In this document: one piece after another, positions 9,705 to 19,864 of the stretch
How the letters are laid out: each line of letters starts with the position of its first letter
How positions within the stretch are numbered: position 1 is the stretch's first letter
NCBI GenBank assembly: GCA_035387885.1
Contig: DAOOOW010000003.1
Coordinates: 3,498-67,497, forward strand
DNA length: 64,000 nucleotides
Reading direction: 5' to 3'
DNA from: a bacterium
GTDB lineage: Bacteria; Patescibacteriota; Patescibacteriia; UBA2196
Notes under the pieces: model-generated
Told to the model about the DNA's origin: nothing
Database searches by the model: none
Seen by the model: only the letters and a program-made list of their open reading frames with translations
Made by a program: the position numbers and the translations under genes

Positions 9705-10406
9705 ATGTTAGTTTATATTATTATTCCGACCTATAATGAAAAGGAAAACCTGGCTAATTTAATTCCAGCCATTGCTGAAAATTTAAAAAATTTCGATTAC
9801 AAAATTTTAGTTGTTGATGATAATTCGCCAGATGATACTGGTAAATTAGCAGAAAAGTTAGCCGAAAATTTTCCTATTGAAGTTTTGCATCGCATTGGTA
9901 AATTCGGTTTAGGTTCGGCTTATATTATGGGATTTAAAAAAGCGCTTGCCAATGGCGCTGATTTAATTTTTGAAATGGATGCGGATTTTTCTCATGATCC
10001 CAAAGACTTGCCACACCTGATTGAAGCCGTGAGTCATGCTGATTTAGTAATTGGCTCGCGTAAAATAAAAAATGGCAAAATAATAGGCTGGAATTTTTTA
10101 CGCCATTTTTATTCCAATGGCGCAATGTTTTTTGCTCGGTTGATTTTAGGTTTAAAAACACATGATGTGACGGCTGGATTTCGTTGTTATAAACGTGAAG
10201 TTTTAGAAAAAATAAATTTAGATCAAATTAAATCTAATGGTTATGCTTTTCAAGAGGAAATGCTTTTTCACGTTGAAAAAAATAATTTTAAAATTAAAGA
10301 AGTCCCTGTGGTTTTTCAAGATAGAAAAGTGGGACAGTCCAAATTAAACAAAAAAGATATTTTAGAATTTTTTAAAACAATTTTAAGATTGAGATTGAAG
10401 AAATAA
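9705..10406 (+). CDS. polyprenol-monophosphomannose synthase-like GT2
   Basis: IIPTYNE, VVDDNSPD, EMDADFSHDP, DVTAGFRCY and SNGYAFQEE. Confidence 0.9.
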   Translation: MLVYIIIPTYNEKENLANLIPAIAENLKNFDYKILVVDDNSPDDTGKLAEKLAENFPIEVLHRIGKFGLGSAYIMGFKKALANGADLIFEMDADFSHDPKDLPHLIEAVSHADLVIGSRKIKNGKIIGWNFLRHFYSNGAMFFARLILGLKTHDVTAGFRCYKREVLEKINLDQIKSNGYAFQEEMLFHVEKNNFKIKEVPVVFQDRKVGQSKLNKKDILEFFKTILRLRLKK

Positions 10407-10409
10407 ATT

Positions 10410-11141
10410 ATGTCTATTTTTTTTAAAAATAATCAAGAACAACGTCAATATGTTAAAAATAAATTGTCTAAACTATATCCCAATTTTAAAACTGGTGGAG
10501 ATTATTTTGTAGATTTTTTAAGCGGTCATTTAGAGCAAAATTCTCTTATCGTAGATGCGGGGTGTGGCGAGGGTGGTGATATAATGAGTAAATATCAAGG
10601 CAGGGTTAGCTCAATTATTGGCTTAGATATAGACAGTGAAAGTTTAGAAAAAAATCAAAATGTAGATCAAAAAATAGTGGCCAATTTAGAACAAATTTCT
10701 TTAGAAGATAATACAATAGATATTGTGGTGGCAATTTTTGTGTTGGAACATTTAAAAAATCCTTTGGAAGTTTTCAAAGAAATTAGGCGGGTGCTTAAAA
10801 AAGATGGAGTTTTGATATTTTTAACACCAAATTTGTTTAATCCAATAATGTTTTTTAGCAAAATTTCGCCATATTTTATTCATAAAATTTTAAGAAAATA
10901 TATTTTAAAAAATCCAGAGAAGGCTTATAAAACTTTTTATAAAATTAATACCAAATCCAAGTTAGTCTCTTTATTAAAACAAGCAAACTTTACCACCATG
11001 CAGATAAAAAGAGCTGGTAATCCAGAATATTTGGGTTTTTGTAAGCCTTTGGTTGGAGTAGCTATTTTTTGGGAAAAAATAATTGCTAGTAGATTTTTGA
11101 ATTTCTTAAAAATGTATTTAATTGGCAAAGCTATAAAATAA
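10410..11141 (+). CDS. class I SAM-dependent methyltransferase
   Basis: VDAGCGEG, VLEHL and EIRRVLKKDG. Confidence 0.88.
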   Translation: MSIFFKNNQEQRQYVKNKLSKLYPNFKTGGDYFVDFLSGHLEQNSLIVDAGCGEGGDIMSKYQGRVSSIIGLDIDSESLEKNQNVDQKIVANLEQISLEDNTIDIVVAIFVLEHLKNPLEVFKEIRRVLKKDGVLIFLTPNLFNPIMFFSKISPYFIHKILRKYILKNPEKAYKTFYKINTKSKLVSLLKQANFTTMQIKRAGNPEYLGFCKPLVGVAIFWEKIIASRFLNFLKMYLIGKAIK

Positions 11142-11176
11142 TTTTTAAATTAAGATTGACAAGAATTTAATTTTTT

Positions 11177-12556
11177 ATGTTAATTAAATTTATAAAAAAT
11201 AATATTTATAAGATTTTTTTAATTTTATTTTTTTTAATAATCATATTTTTTCGTTTTAATAATGTCCTAAATTATAATTCTTACTGGGGCTATGATGGTG
11301 CTAAGCACATGGAATATATTGATTCTATAGAAGATAAATACAGGTTACCAACATTTACAGAAAATTATTTAGCCTGGCACGAACCTTTATATTATTTTGT
11401 CTTTGCAGTTTTTGGTTTTATTTATAAATTTATTACCAACAGTAATAATTTTATTTTGATGATTAAATCTTTACAAATTTTGACTGCATTTTTAGATGTG
11501 ATTTTTTTATTTATTTTTTATAAAACCCTTTCTTTATTAACGGAAAACAAAAGTCTTAAATTATTAACTCTTTTAACCACAGGTTTTTTTACGCCTTTAA
11601 TTTTAATTAATAATTACTTAACCAACGAATTATTTTTATATTGGTTAATAATTTTATGTTTTTATTTTATTGTTAAATTTGATAAAACTGGTTGGAATTA
11701 TCAAAAAATAATTTTGGTGGCTTTTTTATCTAGCTTAGCACTTTTAACTAAACTTTCTGCCATAATTTTTATTTTTTGCTTCATTATTTGGTTTTTATAT
11801 CAAACAATTTATTTTAAAACAAAAATTTATTATAAATATTTATTACTTTTTATCGGTCTAGTTTTTATCATCAACCTGCCTTGGCAAATTTATCGAGCGA
11901 AAAACTTGGGTGGCATTTTCACAATTAATAATTACGAACTTTTGCAAGAGCAGGAAATACCGCAAACAAAAGATATCACCAATAAATTTTGGTTTAATTT
12001 TGATACGCATATTTTTAATAATCCTTTCTGGCAAACTGGCAGAAATTCTTTTTGGTCCATTATTTTTAGTCAAACTTTTATAGATTATGATAATATTGGA
12101 GGCAATGTAGACTTAAACAATGTCCAAAAACAGGTCAAAACAGGTAACGGACGGTATTTGAGCTTTAAAACCTTTAATTGGGCTAAAATAGCCCTTAAAA
12201 ACGGTTTTTTAATGCTTCTGGTTGTGTTATTTGGTTATGCACTTGAGATTAAAAACTCTTTTAAAAATAAATTTATACCAGATGTAAATTTATTTTTAAA
12301 TTTGTTTATTAGTGCTTCTTTTTTGGCTTTAATTTTTAATGTGCTCAAAAATCCTTTTATTGAAAGGGGGACTTTAAAACTTATCTTTATTATCTCGGCT
12401 TTTCCTTGGTTTTTTTTCTTAAGTTATAAAAACATTAATAATTTTTTACAAAATAAAAAAATAAAATTTATTTGGCTTTTTATTTTAGGCACAGTTATAT
12501 TTTATAGTTTTATATCATTAAAAATAAATTGGGTTAGTGCATTGCCAAGAATATAG
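11177..12556 (+). CDS. GT-C (ArnT/PMT-like) membrane glycosyltransferase
   Basis: first-loop YD..H, HEPLYY and LALLTK; many TMs; next to the Pol-P-sugar synthase. Confidence 0.7.
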   Translation: MLIKFIKNNIYKIFLILFFLIIIFFRFNNVLNYNSYWGYDGAKHMEYIDSIEDKYRLPTFTENYLAWHEPLYYFVFAVFGFIYKFITNSNNFILMIKSLQILTAFLDVIFLFIFYKTLSLLTENKSLKLLTLLTTGFFTPLILINNYLTNELFLYWLIILCFYFIVKFDKTGWNYQKIILVAFLSSLALLTKLSAIIFIFCFIIWFLYQTIYFKTKIYYKYLLLFIGLVFIINLPWQIYRAKNLGGIFTINNYELLQEQEIPQTKDITNKFWFNFDTHIFNNPFWQTGRNSFWSIIFSQTFIDYDNIGGNVDLNNVQKQVKTGNGRYLSFKTFNWAKIALKNGFLMLLVVLFGYALEIKNSFKNKFIPDVNLFLNLFISASFLALIFNVLKNPFIERGTLKLIFIISAFPWFFFLSYKNINNFLQNKKIKFIWLFILGTVIFYSFISLKINWVSALPRI

Positions 12557-12563
12557 AAAAATT

Positions 12564-13535
12564 ATGGAAATCAAAAAATGTAAAATTTGTAATCAGGAAA
12601 TTGGCGACAAATCATATTTGGTGCCAGAGATGATGTTTGGAATGGAAGAAAAGTTTATATATCTTGAGTGCCAAAAATGTGGTTGTTTACAAATTAAAGA
12701 ACCTCTAACAGATCTTAGTAAATATTATCCAGTTAATTATTATTCATTTCATAATATAATTTCTAAATTTGATTTTTTAATCTCTTTTTTAAGGCGACAA
12801 ATGGCCAAATATTATATTTTTGAAAAAAATAATATTTTGGGTATGTTTTTAATAATTTTTTTTGGTATACCGGATTTTTTTCACTGGTTTAAAAAAATAA
12901 AATTAAATTCTCAAGCCAAAATTTTAGACGTGGGTTGTGGCATTGGCCACCTGCTTGTCGGTTTAAAAAGAGCTGGCTTTGCAAATTTAACTGGCGTAGA
13001 CGCATATATTGAAAAAGACATTTTTTATTATAATAAACAAATCAAGATATTTAAAGAAGATGTTTTTGGGTTAAATGAAAAATTTGATTTTATCATTTTA
13101 AATCATAGTTTTGAGCACATGTTAGATCCTCAAATAGTAATTAAAAAACTATTCAATTTATTAAATAATGGCGGACGTCTTTTAATTAGAGTTCCTGTGG
13201 TTTCTTCTTATGCTTGGCAACATTACGGAGTAAATTGGGTGCAACTCGATGCACCAAGACATGTTTTTATTCCTTCATTTAAAAGTATGGAAATACTAGC
13301 AAATGTGGGCAACTTTGATTCAATGGATGTTGTTTTTGAATCTTGGGATTTTCAATTTTGGGGTAGTGAGCAATATTTAAGAAATATTCCTTTAAGAAGT
13401 TTTCAATCTTACGCAGAGAATCCTAAAAAATCTATTTTTACAAAATCTCAAATTAAAAAATTTAAAATCCAGTCAAAAGAATTGAATCTAAAAGGGCAAG
13501 GTGATACGGCTAGTTTTTATTTTTATAAAAAATAA
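12564..13535 (+). CDS. class I SAM methyltransferase with N-terminal Zn ribbon
   Basis: CKIC...CQKC, ILDVGCGIG, HSFEH and QLDAPRH; ATG 12564 preferred over GTG 12537. Confidence 0.88.
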   Translation: MEIKKCKICNQEIGDKSYLVPEMMFGMEEKFIYLECQKCGCLQIKEPLTDLSKYYPVNYYSFHNIISKFDFLISFLRRQMAKYYIFEKNNILGMFLIIFFGIPDFFHWFKKIKLNSQAKILDVGCGIGHLLVGLKRAGFANLTGVDAYIEKDIFYYNKQIKIFKEDVFGLNEKFDFIILNHSFEHMLDPQIVIKKLFNLLNNGGRLLIRVPVVSSYAWQHYGVNWVQLDAPRHVFIPSFKSMEILANVGNFDSMDVVFESWDFQFWGSEQYLRNIPLRSFQSYAENPKKSIFTKSQIKKFKIQSKELNLKGQGDTASFYFYKK

Positions 13536-13538
13536 TTT

Positions 13539-15125
13539 TTATTTATAGATTTTCTGTAATAAATAAATTTTTACTTTTTTAAATAAAAAATAATTATAAT
13601 ATTCCTCTTCGGCAATTGTTTTATAATTTGATAATTCTGAAAAAGAAATCACATATTCCATAGTATTTTTAGGAAATAAACGATTAATATACCACGGTCT
13701 GCTTAAATCAATTAAAATTGGTATATTTTTCATTACCTCATACGTGTATTGTCCATTAAGTTCATAACCACCATCTATTTGATAATATAATTTATTTTTT
13801 GCTGTTTCCTGATAAAAATAACTTCTGATTCTATTCCAATCCATATAATTTCTTTCTAGGGTAATAGAGAAAAAAGCAAAAAATAATAAAAAAATTATTG
13901 GTAATATAAAATTTTTTTTTGTTACAAACATTTCTGGCTCGGTGGCAGTTATCAAAATAAAAATTAAAGGCAATAATAATAAATAATAACGATCAAAACT
14001 TATAAAAACCAAAATTAGCATTAACTGCAAAATAAAGTTTATAAAAATAAATTTTAGAAAAATATTAGACCATATTTTTTTAAAGTTTAAAATAAAAAAC
14101 AATAACAAAAGCGCTCCGCCTAAAGAAGCGCCCAAATTAACTATAATTTTTAATGTTGCTGTAAAAACAATAGCTGGTATGCCCATCAGGACTTCTGTAT
14201 TTGGTCCCAGTCCGTAATCATTAATAATATTTTGAATATAGGGAAAATTTGCGCCGATAGTTTTGTTTAAACCAAACAATATAATAAAAAATAATAAAAA
14301 TAAAAATATTTTTTTCTTTGCAAAAAGTTTTTTTTGGTAAATTATAAGCAGGGGCAAAGAAAATAAACCTAGGTATTGAATAGAATAAAAAAGCCAACGC
14401 CCAATATTTTCTAGTAAATTTTTTTCTAAAAGATGGGTTTGCCCTTCGCTAATATTAATATAATTTTTAAATAATATATATCCAATAACTATCAAAAGAG
14501 AGGTTACAAAAGTAAGAATTAAAAAATCTTTTTTAAATTTGATTTTTTTATAAGATAAAAGAAAAAATAAGCATAAAGAGCCTAAAAGTAAAATTCCATT
14601 TTGTCTAATAAAAAAAGCAATAAGCGTGGATAAAAAACCTAATCCTAAATTTAATTCTCTAGACTTATCAAAATATTTTTCAAATTGCCAAAGGGCGAAT
14701 AAGTAAAAAAATAAAAAAGGCACGTCAGTTAAAAAAGTAAAAGAGGTGTTAATTAAAATTGGATTAAATAAAAACATTAAACAGGCAAAAAGATTTATTT
14801 TTTTATCAACTTTATTTTTTTCTAAAATTAAATATAAAATAATTACGCTTAAAATAGAAAAAAATAGACTTGATAATCTTAAAAAATTATAAGAAAAACC
14901 GGTTATTAAACTTATAATAAATCCATAAAATGTTTGAGCAATTAAAATTGGCCCAGTAAATTCATAAAAATCCAATTTATGTTCATAAAGCAGACTTTGA
15001 ACCGTGTGCCCATGCACCCAATCATCATTCAAAGGAAAATTGCCCTGCGGATTTACTAATAAAATGATTATCAAAAAAACGGTAATTATTATAATTAAAT
15101 GTTTTAAACGGCTTGTCATAGTCAT
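13539..15125 (-). CDS. GT-C (family 39/83-like) membrane glycosyltransferase
   Basis: NFPLNDDW loop, FLTDVPF, IRQ and FDRY; multi-TM. Confidence 0.78.
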   Translation of the reverse strand: MTMTSRLKHLIIIITVFLIIILLVNPQGNFPLNDDWVHGHTVQSLLYEHKLDFYEFTGPILIAQTFYGFIISLITGFSYNFLRLSSLFFSILSVIILYLILEKNKVDKKINLFACLMFLFNPILINTSFTFLTDVPFLFFYLFALWQFEKYFDKSRELNLGLGFLSTLIAFFIRQNGILLLGSLCLFFLLSYKKIKFKKDFLILTFVTSLLIVIGYILFKNYINISEGQTHLLEKNLLENIGRWLFYSIQYLGLFSLPLLIIYQKKLFAKKKIFLFLLFFIILFGLNKTIGANFPYIQNIINDYGLGPNTEVLMGIPAIVFTATLKIIVNLGASLGGALLLLFFILNFKKIWSNIFLKFIFINFILQLMLILVFISFDRYYLLLLPLIFILITATEPEMFVTKKNFILPIIFLLFFAFFSITLERNYMDWNRIRSYFYQETAKNKLYYQIDGGYELNGQYTYEVMKNIPILIDLSRPWYINRLFPKNTMEYVISFSELSNYKTIAEEEYYNYFLFKKVKIYLLQKIYK

Positions 15126-15175
15126 ATAAAATATGATAACATCTAACTTAGAAAAAATAAAATTAATTTTACTTT

Positions 15176-15835
15176 ATGGACATTCAAGAAAAAATCAATC
15201 AGCAAATCGCCAGTTTAAACGAGGCTTTGGATTTTAAGGAATATTTTAAACTGCAACGAGAAATTAATCATGAATATCTGCGCACATGGGATTATGCTGA
15301 ATTTTTTTTAAAAAAAGACGCTTTTGTCCAATATGAATTATTGATCAAAAGTTTTGATGAAAAATTAAAAATAGATCAGGAAAAATCCGCGGAAGAAAAG
15401 GCTAAACAGGGTTTAGATGATAAAAAATTAGAAACCATGAAAAAATTTAACGAACAGGTTTTAGCCAGTTTATCTACTAAAGATTATCAAAAAACTTCCG
15501 AACAAATGTTTTATGTGATTTTGGGCAATGTTATCGAGCACGCGGAGTTAAAAGATATTGATTTAACAAAATTTGATTTAGCTAAAGATTTGTATCCCAA
15601 ACTTAAAGCGCCGCTTTCTTTGGCTGTTTTTCTTTTTCAAAATTTAACTTTTGGCCCTATTGCTTTAAAAATAAATTCTTTAAGCTCGGAATATTTGCAA
15701 AAATATTGTGCCTTGTTTTTATGCCTCTGGCGTTCTGTTTTTGATTTTATGGCTTACGAAAGGATGCAAGAACAACAAAAACAAAATCAATCTGTCAATC
15801 ACGAACATAATCATCAACATGGTAAGGGCGAATAA
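15176..15835 (+). CDS. hypothetical helical protein with a His-rich tail
   Basis: 219 aa ORF ending HEHNHQHGKGE; the stop codon lies inside a REP palindrome. Confidence 0.7.
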   Translation: MDIQEKINQQIASLNEALDFKEYFKLQREINHEYLRTWDYAEFFLKKDAFVQYELLIKSFDEKLKIDQEKSAEEKAKQGLDDKKLETMKKFNEQVLASLSTKDYQKTSEQMFYVILGNVIEHAELKDIDLTKFDLAKDLYPKLKAPLSLAVFLFQNLTFGPIALKINSLSSEYLQKYCALFLCLWRSVFDFMAYERMQEQQKQNQSVNHEHNHQHGKGE

Positions 15836-16069
15836 TTCGCTCCTACGAGCAAATGGAACATCAAAAACCATTGGCGCTATTGTTCGCGACTATAAAATCG
15901 GTGTAACCAAATGGACGCGTGCCAATAGCAATATTATGGCAACGTAATTATTTTGAACACATTATTAGATCAGAAAGATCTTTATTTGATATTCGTAATT
16001 ATATTTTAAATAATCCCTATAATTGGGCATAGAGTGTTTGTATTGTAGGGGCGCCCTTTGTGGGTGCCC
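15822..16069 (+). mobile_element. remnant of a REP-associated tyrosine transposase (RAYT, Y1/IS200 superfamily) flanked by GTAG-type REPs
   Basis: SKTIGAIVRDYKIGVTKW, then a frameshift, then LWQRNYFEHIIRSERSLFDIRNYILNNPYNWA* (stop 16030-16032); REPs GTAAGGGCGAATAATTCGCTCCTAC (15822-15846) and GTAGGGGCGCCCTTTGTGGGTGCCC (16045-16069). Confidence 0.88.
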
Positions 16070-16077
16070 AAAATATT

Positions 16078-17511
16078 ATGAAAATTGATTTTAAAAAAAA
16101 ATTTTTACAAATAAAAAAATATTTAGATAAACACTTTTTTGTTTTTTCTTTTATTATATTATTGGTGGTTGGAATTTTAATATATTTACCAACCCTGCAA
16201 ATTGATTTTTTATCAGACGATTGGGGCTATGCTTATTTAGCTAAAAACAACGCCCCACAAGATGCTCTTAAATATTTTTATCAAACAGATATTGATGGTA
16301 ACGGCATTGGTAATTTTAGACCACTAGAAAGTTTTTTGGTTATTCTTGTATGGAAACCATTTCTTAATAATCCTTATTTTATACATTTAATGGCAATTAT
16401 TATGCATATAATAGTTGCTTTTTTAGTTGGTTTTTTATTTCATATAATTTTTAAAGATAAAAAAAGCAGTTTAATAAGTGCTTTTTTATTTTTACTCTTT
16501 CCCTTAAACATGGAAGTGGTTTGTTGGTTGTGTAGCAGTTGGAACACTTTGCCAGCTATTATTTTTTTATTATTGTCCATAATTTTTTATTGTCGAGACG
16601 GTGCTACAAAACATAAAATTATTTTTATGTATTTTTTTGTTATTTTGTCACTTTTAGCTAAAGAGTTTGCTTTATTAATACCCATAATTACTTTTTTCAT
16701 AGATTTATTGTTAAAAAGAAAACCTCATTGGCTACTTATTATTAGTTTTGTAATTTTAGATTTAATATATTTTTTTGCTCGCTTTTTATATCTGGGTCAG
16801 TTGGGTGGCTATACTGATCTTGGGGGTCAATCTTTACATACTCAATTTAGCTTAATAGGTTTAGTTTCATTTATAAAATTACCAATAGTTTATGTTGTTA
16901 ACTTTTTTAATTGGCTACTGGTGCCAGGATGGTTAAAATATTCAGCTGCAATTTTAATTTTTATTTTAATTTTATATTTTATAATTTTATTTTTTACAAA
17001 AAAAGATATTAATAAAAAACAAATCTTAAAAAATATTTTTATTTTATTTATACTTATTTATATTGGATCGGCGTTAGCCTGGAATTTAATCAACCCATTA
17101 TCTAAAATCAATATTCATTCCCGCCTTTATTATTTAAGCAACGTTTGGTTTGTGTTTTTATTGGGTTATTTATTTTTGATTATGAAAAATAATAAGATTT
17201 TTAAAACTTTATATATTTTATATTTAATATGTTTAATAAGTATAAGTTATTATCAAATGCAGCCATGGTTAATAGCTAATGAAAAAACTAAGGAAATAAA
17301 TTTTCTTATAAATAATGTTTTAAAAAATAATGAATCGAAAAAAAAACTGGAGATTATAAATTTGTCAGATGCTTATCAAAATGCTTATATTTATCGCAAC
17401 GGCATAGATTCGGCAGTTGCTTTAATTAATAATTATAAAAAAGATGATATAATTATAGAAAAGAAAATGCAAGCATCAGTTGATTTACCAATAATAGTAA
17501 ATATAAAATAA
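16078..17511 (+). CDS. GT-C-like (TMTC/YfhO-type) membrane glycosyltransferase
   Basis: FLSDDW, NFRPL, EVVCW, AKE and SRLYY; ATG 16078 preferred because GTG 16060 lies in the REP. Confidence 0.75.
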   Translation: MKIDFKKKFLQIKKYLDKHFFVFSFIILLVVGILIYLPTLQIDFLSDDWGYAYLAKNNAPQDALKYFYQTDIDGNGIGNFRPLESFLVILVWKPFLNNPYFIHLMAIIMHIIVAFLVGFLFHIIFKDKKSSLISAFLFLLFPLNMEVVCWLCSSWNTLPAIIFLLLSIIFYCRDGATKHKIIFMYFFVILSLLAKEFALLIPIITFFIDLLLKRKPHWLLIISFVILDLIYFFARFLYLGQLGGYTDLGGQSLHTQFSLIGLVSFIKLPIVYVVNFFNWLLVPGWLKYSAAILIFILILYFIILFFTKKDINKKQILKNIFILFILIYIGSALAWNLINPLSKINIHSRLYYLSNVWFVFLLGYLFLIMKNNKIFKTLYILYLICLISISYYQMQPWLIANEKTKEINFLINNVLKNNESKKKLEIINLSDAYQNAYIYRNGIDSAVALINNYKKDDIIIEKKMQASVDLPIIVNIK

Positions 17512-17560
17512 AAATATAATTAATTTTAATCAATAAAATTATTGATTAACTACAAAACTT

Positions 17561-17863
17561 ATGAAAGGCTTTATAAATTTTATTAGAGAACAAGGAGTCG
17601 TGGGTTTGGCTGTTGGTTTTATACTTGGTGGCGCAGTTTCTAAAGTGGTTTCTTCATTGGTCACCGACATTATCAATCCAATTCTGGGCATTATTCTTGG
17701 AACTGCCGGCGGATTAAAAAATGCTGTCTGGAAAGTTGGTTCCATAAGTATTTTGTATGGTGATTTGATTGCTGTGATTATTGATTTTTTGGTTATAGCT
17801 TTTGTGGTTTATTTCGGGGTTAAAATGTTAGGTATTGATAAATGGGACAAAAAGAAAGAATAG
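17561..17863 (+). CDS. mscL: large-conductance mechanosensitive channel (short form)
   Basis: FINFIREQGVVGLAVGFILGGAVSKVVSSLVTDIINP and IDFLVIAFVVYF. Confidence 0.92.
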   Translation: MKGFINFIREQGVVGLAVGFILGGAVSKVVSSLVTDIINPILGIILGTAGGLKNAVWKVGSISILYGDLIAVIIDFLVIAFVVYFGVKMLGIDKWDKKKE

Positions 17864-17894
17864 TTTTTTGTTTAAGAATTAAAAAAATGTTTTT

Positions 17895-17923
17895 TTGACA
17901 AAATCTTTTCTTTTTGGTATAAT
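17895..17923 (+). promoter_or_regulatory. consensus sigma70 promoter of rnpB
   Basis: TTGACA-17 bp-TATAAT ending 7 nt before the RNA 5' end. Confidence 0.9.
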
Positions 17924-17930
17924 AAAAATC

Positions 17931-18332
17931 GTTCAAGGCGGGTGAACGGCTGCCCCGATGAGCGCAAGCAATATTGGGGAGGAAAGTCCGGACATTATAA
18001 AAAATGGTAGTCGCGAAATGCGACCAGGCATAAGAATTACTAAAAAAATAAATCACGATCGTGTTATTTTTTAAGGACAAATTCAAAACCTCGAGACAGT
18101 GCCACAGAGACAATAATAGTCCCGCATTTGCGGGATCAAAGGTGAAAAGTGAATTGGTGTTGATTTTAATCAGCTACAATTCTCGCCCAATGGTGACATT
18201 GGTGCGTGGCAAACCTTACCTAATGCAATCCCTATGGGGAGCTTAGATAGATAGTCGTATTTATTCGTAATATTCGCTTTTATTAGCAATATTCGAATAA
18301 AACAGAATCCGGCTTATGATCCCGCCTTGGAC
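17931..18332 (+). ncRNA. rnpB: RNase P RNA
   Basis: GAGGAAAGTCCGG and AACAGAATCCGGCTTAT (P4); AGTGCCACAGA, GGTGAAA and GGCAAACC; terminal P1 GTTCAAGGCGGG/CCCGCCTTGGAC. Confidence 0.95.
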
Positions 18333-18346
18333 AAATAAAATTTAAT

Positions 18347-19735
18347 ATGAAGAAATCAGACCTTATATTTTCAGCAATTTTAGTCCCTCTAGATTATGTG
18401 ATGACAATCTTGGCGGCTTTGACGGCCTATAGTTTGCGTTATGTTGATTGGGTTAAAGAGATTCGTCCGGTAGCTTTTAATTTGCAGTTTAATCAATATT
18501 TTAACTATGTTTGGCCCATAGCTTTGGGTTGGATAATAATTTTTAGCATTGCTGGATTATATAGAATTTCTGGTTCCAAAAGTTTGTTTGATGAAATAGG
18601 TAAAATATTTTTAGCTTGTTCCACAGCCATGTTGACGGTAATTGTCGGCGCTTTTTTTTCTCGCGAACTTTTTAATTCGCGTTTTATTTTGCTTTTCGCT
18701 TGGGTTTTGGCCATCGTATATGTGGTTTTTGTGCGTTTAATTATTAGGGGTATTCAAAGACTATTATACGGTCAAGGATTGGGCATCAATCGTATAATTT
18801 TAATTGGAGCGGATAATTCGTCAGAAGATATTGCCCAAGAAATTTATCGTAATAAAAAACTTGGTTATCAAATAGTTGCTCGTTTAGAAAATTATAATAA
18901 TAATCAAGAAAAAATCGTATCTCTTTTTAAAACTAAAGGTTTTGAAGAAATTTGGCAGACAGATTCTAACTTGAGTCGCAAAGAAAATGTGGCCTTATTA
19001 GATTTTGCCAATGAACATCATCTGATTTTTAAATATGTGGCGGATTTTTTTGCCACTCAAAGTTTAAAATTTGATATTTATACTTTAGCGGGCATACCAT
19101 TAGTGGAAGTTAAGCGTACGTCTTTAGATGGTTGGGGTAAAATTTTAAAAAGATTATTTGATATAATTTTGTCTGTTTTTTTGTTAATTATTTTTTCACC
19201 AGTTTTTTTGATTTTAGCTTTATTGATAAAAATAGATTCCAGGGGGTCAGTATTTTATGGGGCTAAAAGAATTGGTGCCAATGGTCGTGAAATTAAAATC
19301 TGGAAATTTAGATCCATGATTGTTAATGCAGATAAAATTAAGAAAAAATTATTAGATAAAAACGAAAGAGAAGACGGTCCTTTATTTAAAATGGAAAATG
19401 ATCCGCGAGTAACTCGAGTTGGTAAATTTATTCGTAAATGGAGTTTGGATGAATTGCCCCAATTTTACAATGCTTTTAATGGCAGTATGAGTTTGGTTGG
19501 CCCAAGGCCACACGAACCAGGTGAAGTTAAACAATATAAAACACATCATCAAAAATTATTAAATATTAAACCAGGTATTACAGGTATGGCGCAAGTTTCT
19601 GGTCGTTCAGATTTAGAATTTGAAGAAGAAGTTCGCTTGGATACGTTTTATATTGAAAATTGGTCAATGTGGTTAGATTTAGTTATTTTAATAAAAACCC
19701 CTTTGATTGTTTTTTTGCGTAAGGGTGCTAAATAA
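18347..19735 (+). CDS. undecaprenyl-phosphate sugar-1-phosphate transferase (WcaJ/WbaP-like priming GT)
   Basis: KRLFDI, KFRSM, DPRVTRVGKFIRKWSLDELPQ, MSLVGPRP and KPGITG. Confidence 0.95.
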   Translation: MKKSDLIFSAILVPLDYVMTILAALTAYSLRYVDWVKEIRPVAFNLQFNQYFNYVWPIALGWIIIFSIAGLYRISGSKSLFDEIGKIFLACSTAMLTVIVGAFFSRELFNSRFILLFAWVLAIVYVVFVRLIIRGIQRLLYGQGLGINRIILIGADNSSEDIAQEIYRNKKLGYQIVARLENYNNNQEKIVSLFKTKGFEEIWQTDSNLSRKENVALLDFANEHHLIFKYVADFFATQSLKFDIYTLAGIPLVEVKRTSLDGWGKILKRLFDIILSVFLLIIFSPVFLILALLIKIDSRGSVFYGAKRIGANGREIKIWKFRSMIVNADKIKKKLLDKNEREDGPLFKMENDPRVTRVGKFIRKWSLDELPQFYNAFNGSMSLVGPRPHEPGEVKQYKTHHQKLLNIKPGITGMAQVSGRSDLEFEEEVRLDTFYIENWSMWLDLVILIKTPLIVFLRKGAK

Positions 19736-19751
19736 AATTAAAATTAGTGTT

Positions 19752-19780
19752 AAAAAAACGGTTTTAAATACCGTTTTTTT
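19752..19780 (+). terminator. rho-independent terminator (bidirectional)
   Basis: A7-CGGT...ACCG-T7. Confidence 0.75.
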
Positions 19781-19864
19781 GCCTTTTGTTTACTCTCTTG
19801 CTAAGATAAAATAAGTTTTCCACAACAATAATCTTAATATTCTGACACTTTTTAACACTACTTT

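Noticed and set aside
15708-15947. 79-aa ORF as an independent gene
   Set aside because: Chimera of an alternate frame of the upstream gene and the RAYT remnant.
17820-18246. ORFs 17820..18113(-) and 18061..18246(+)
   Set aside because: They overlap RNase P RNA and its promoter.
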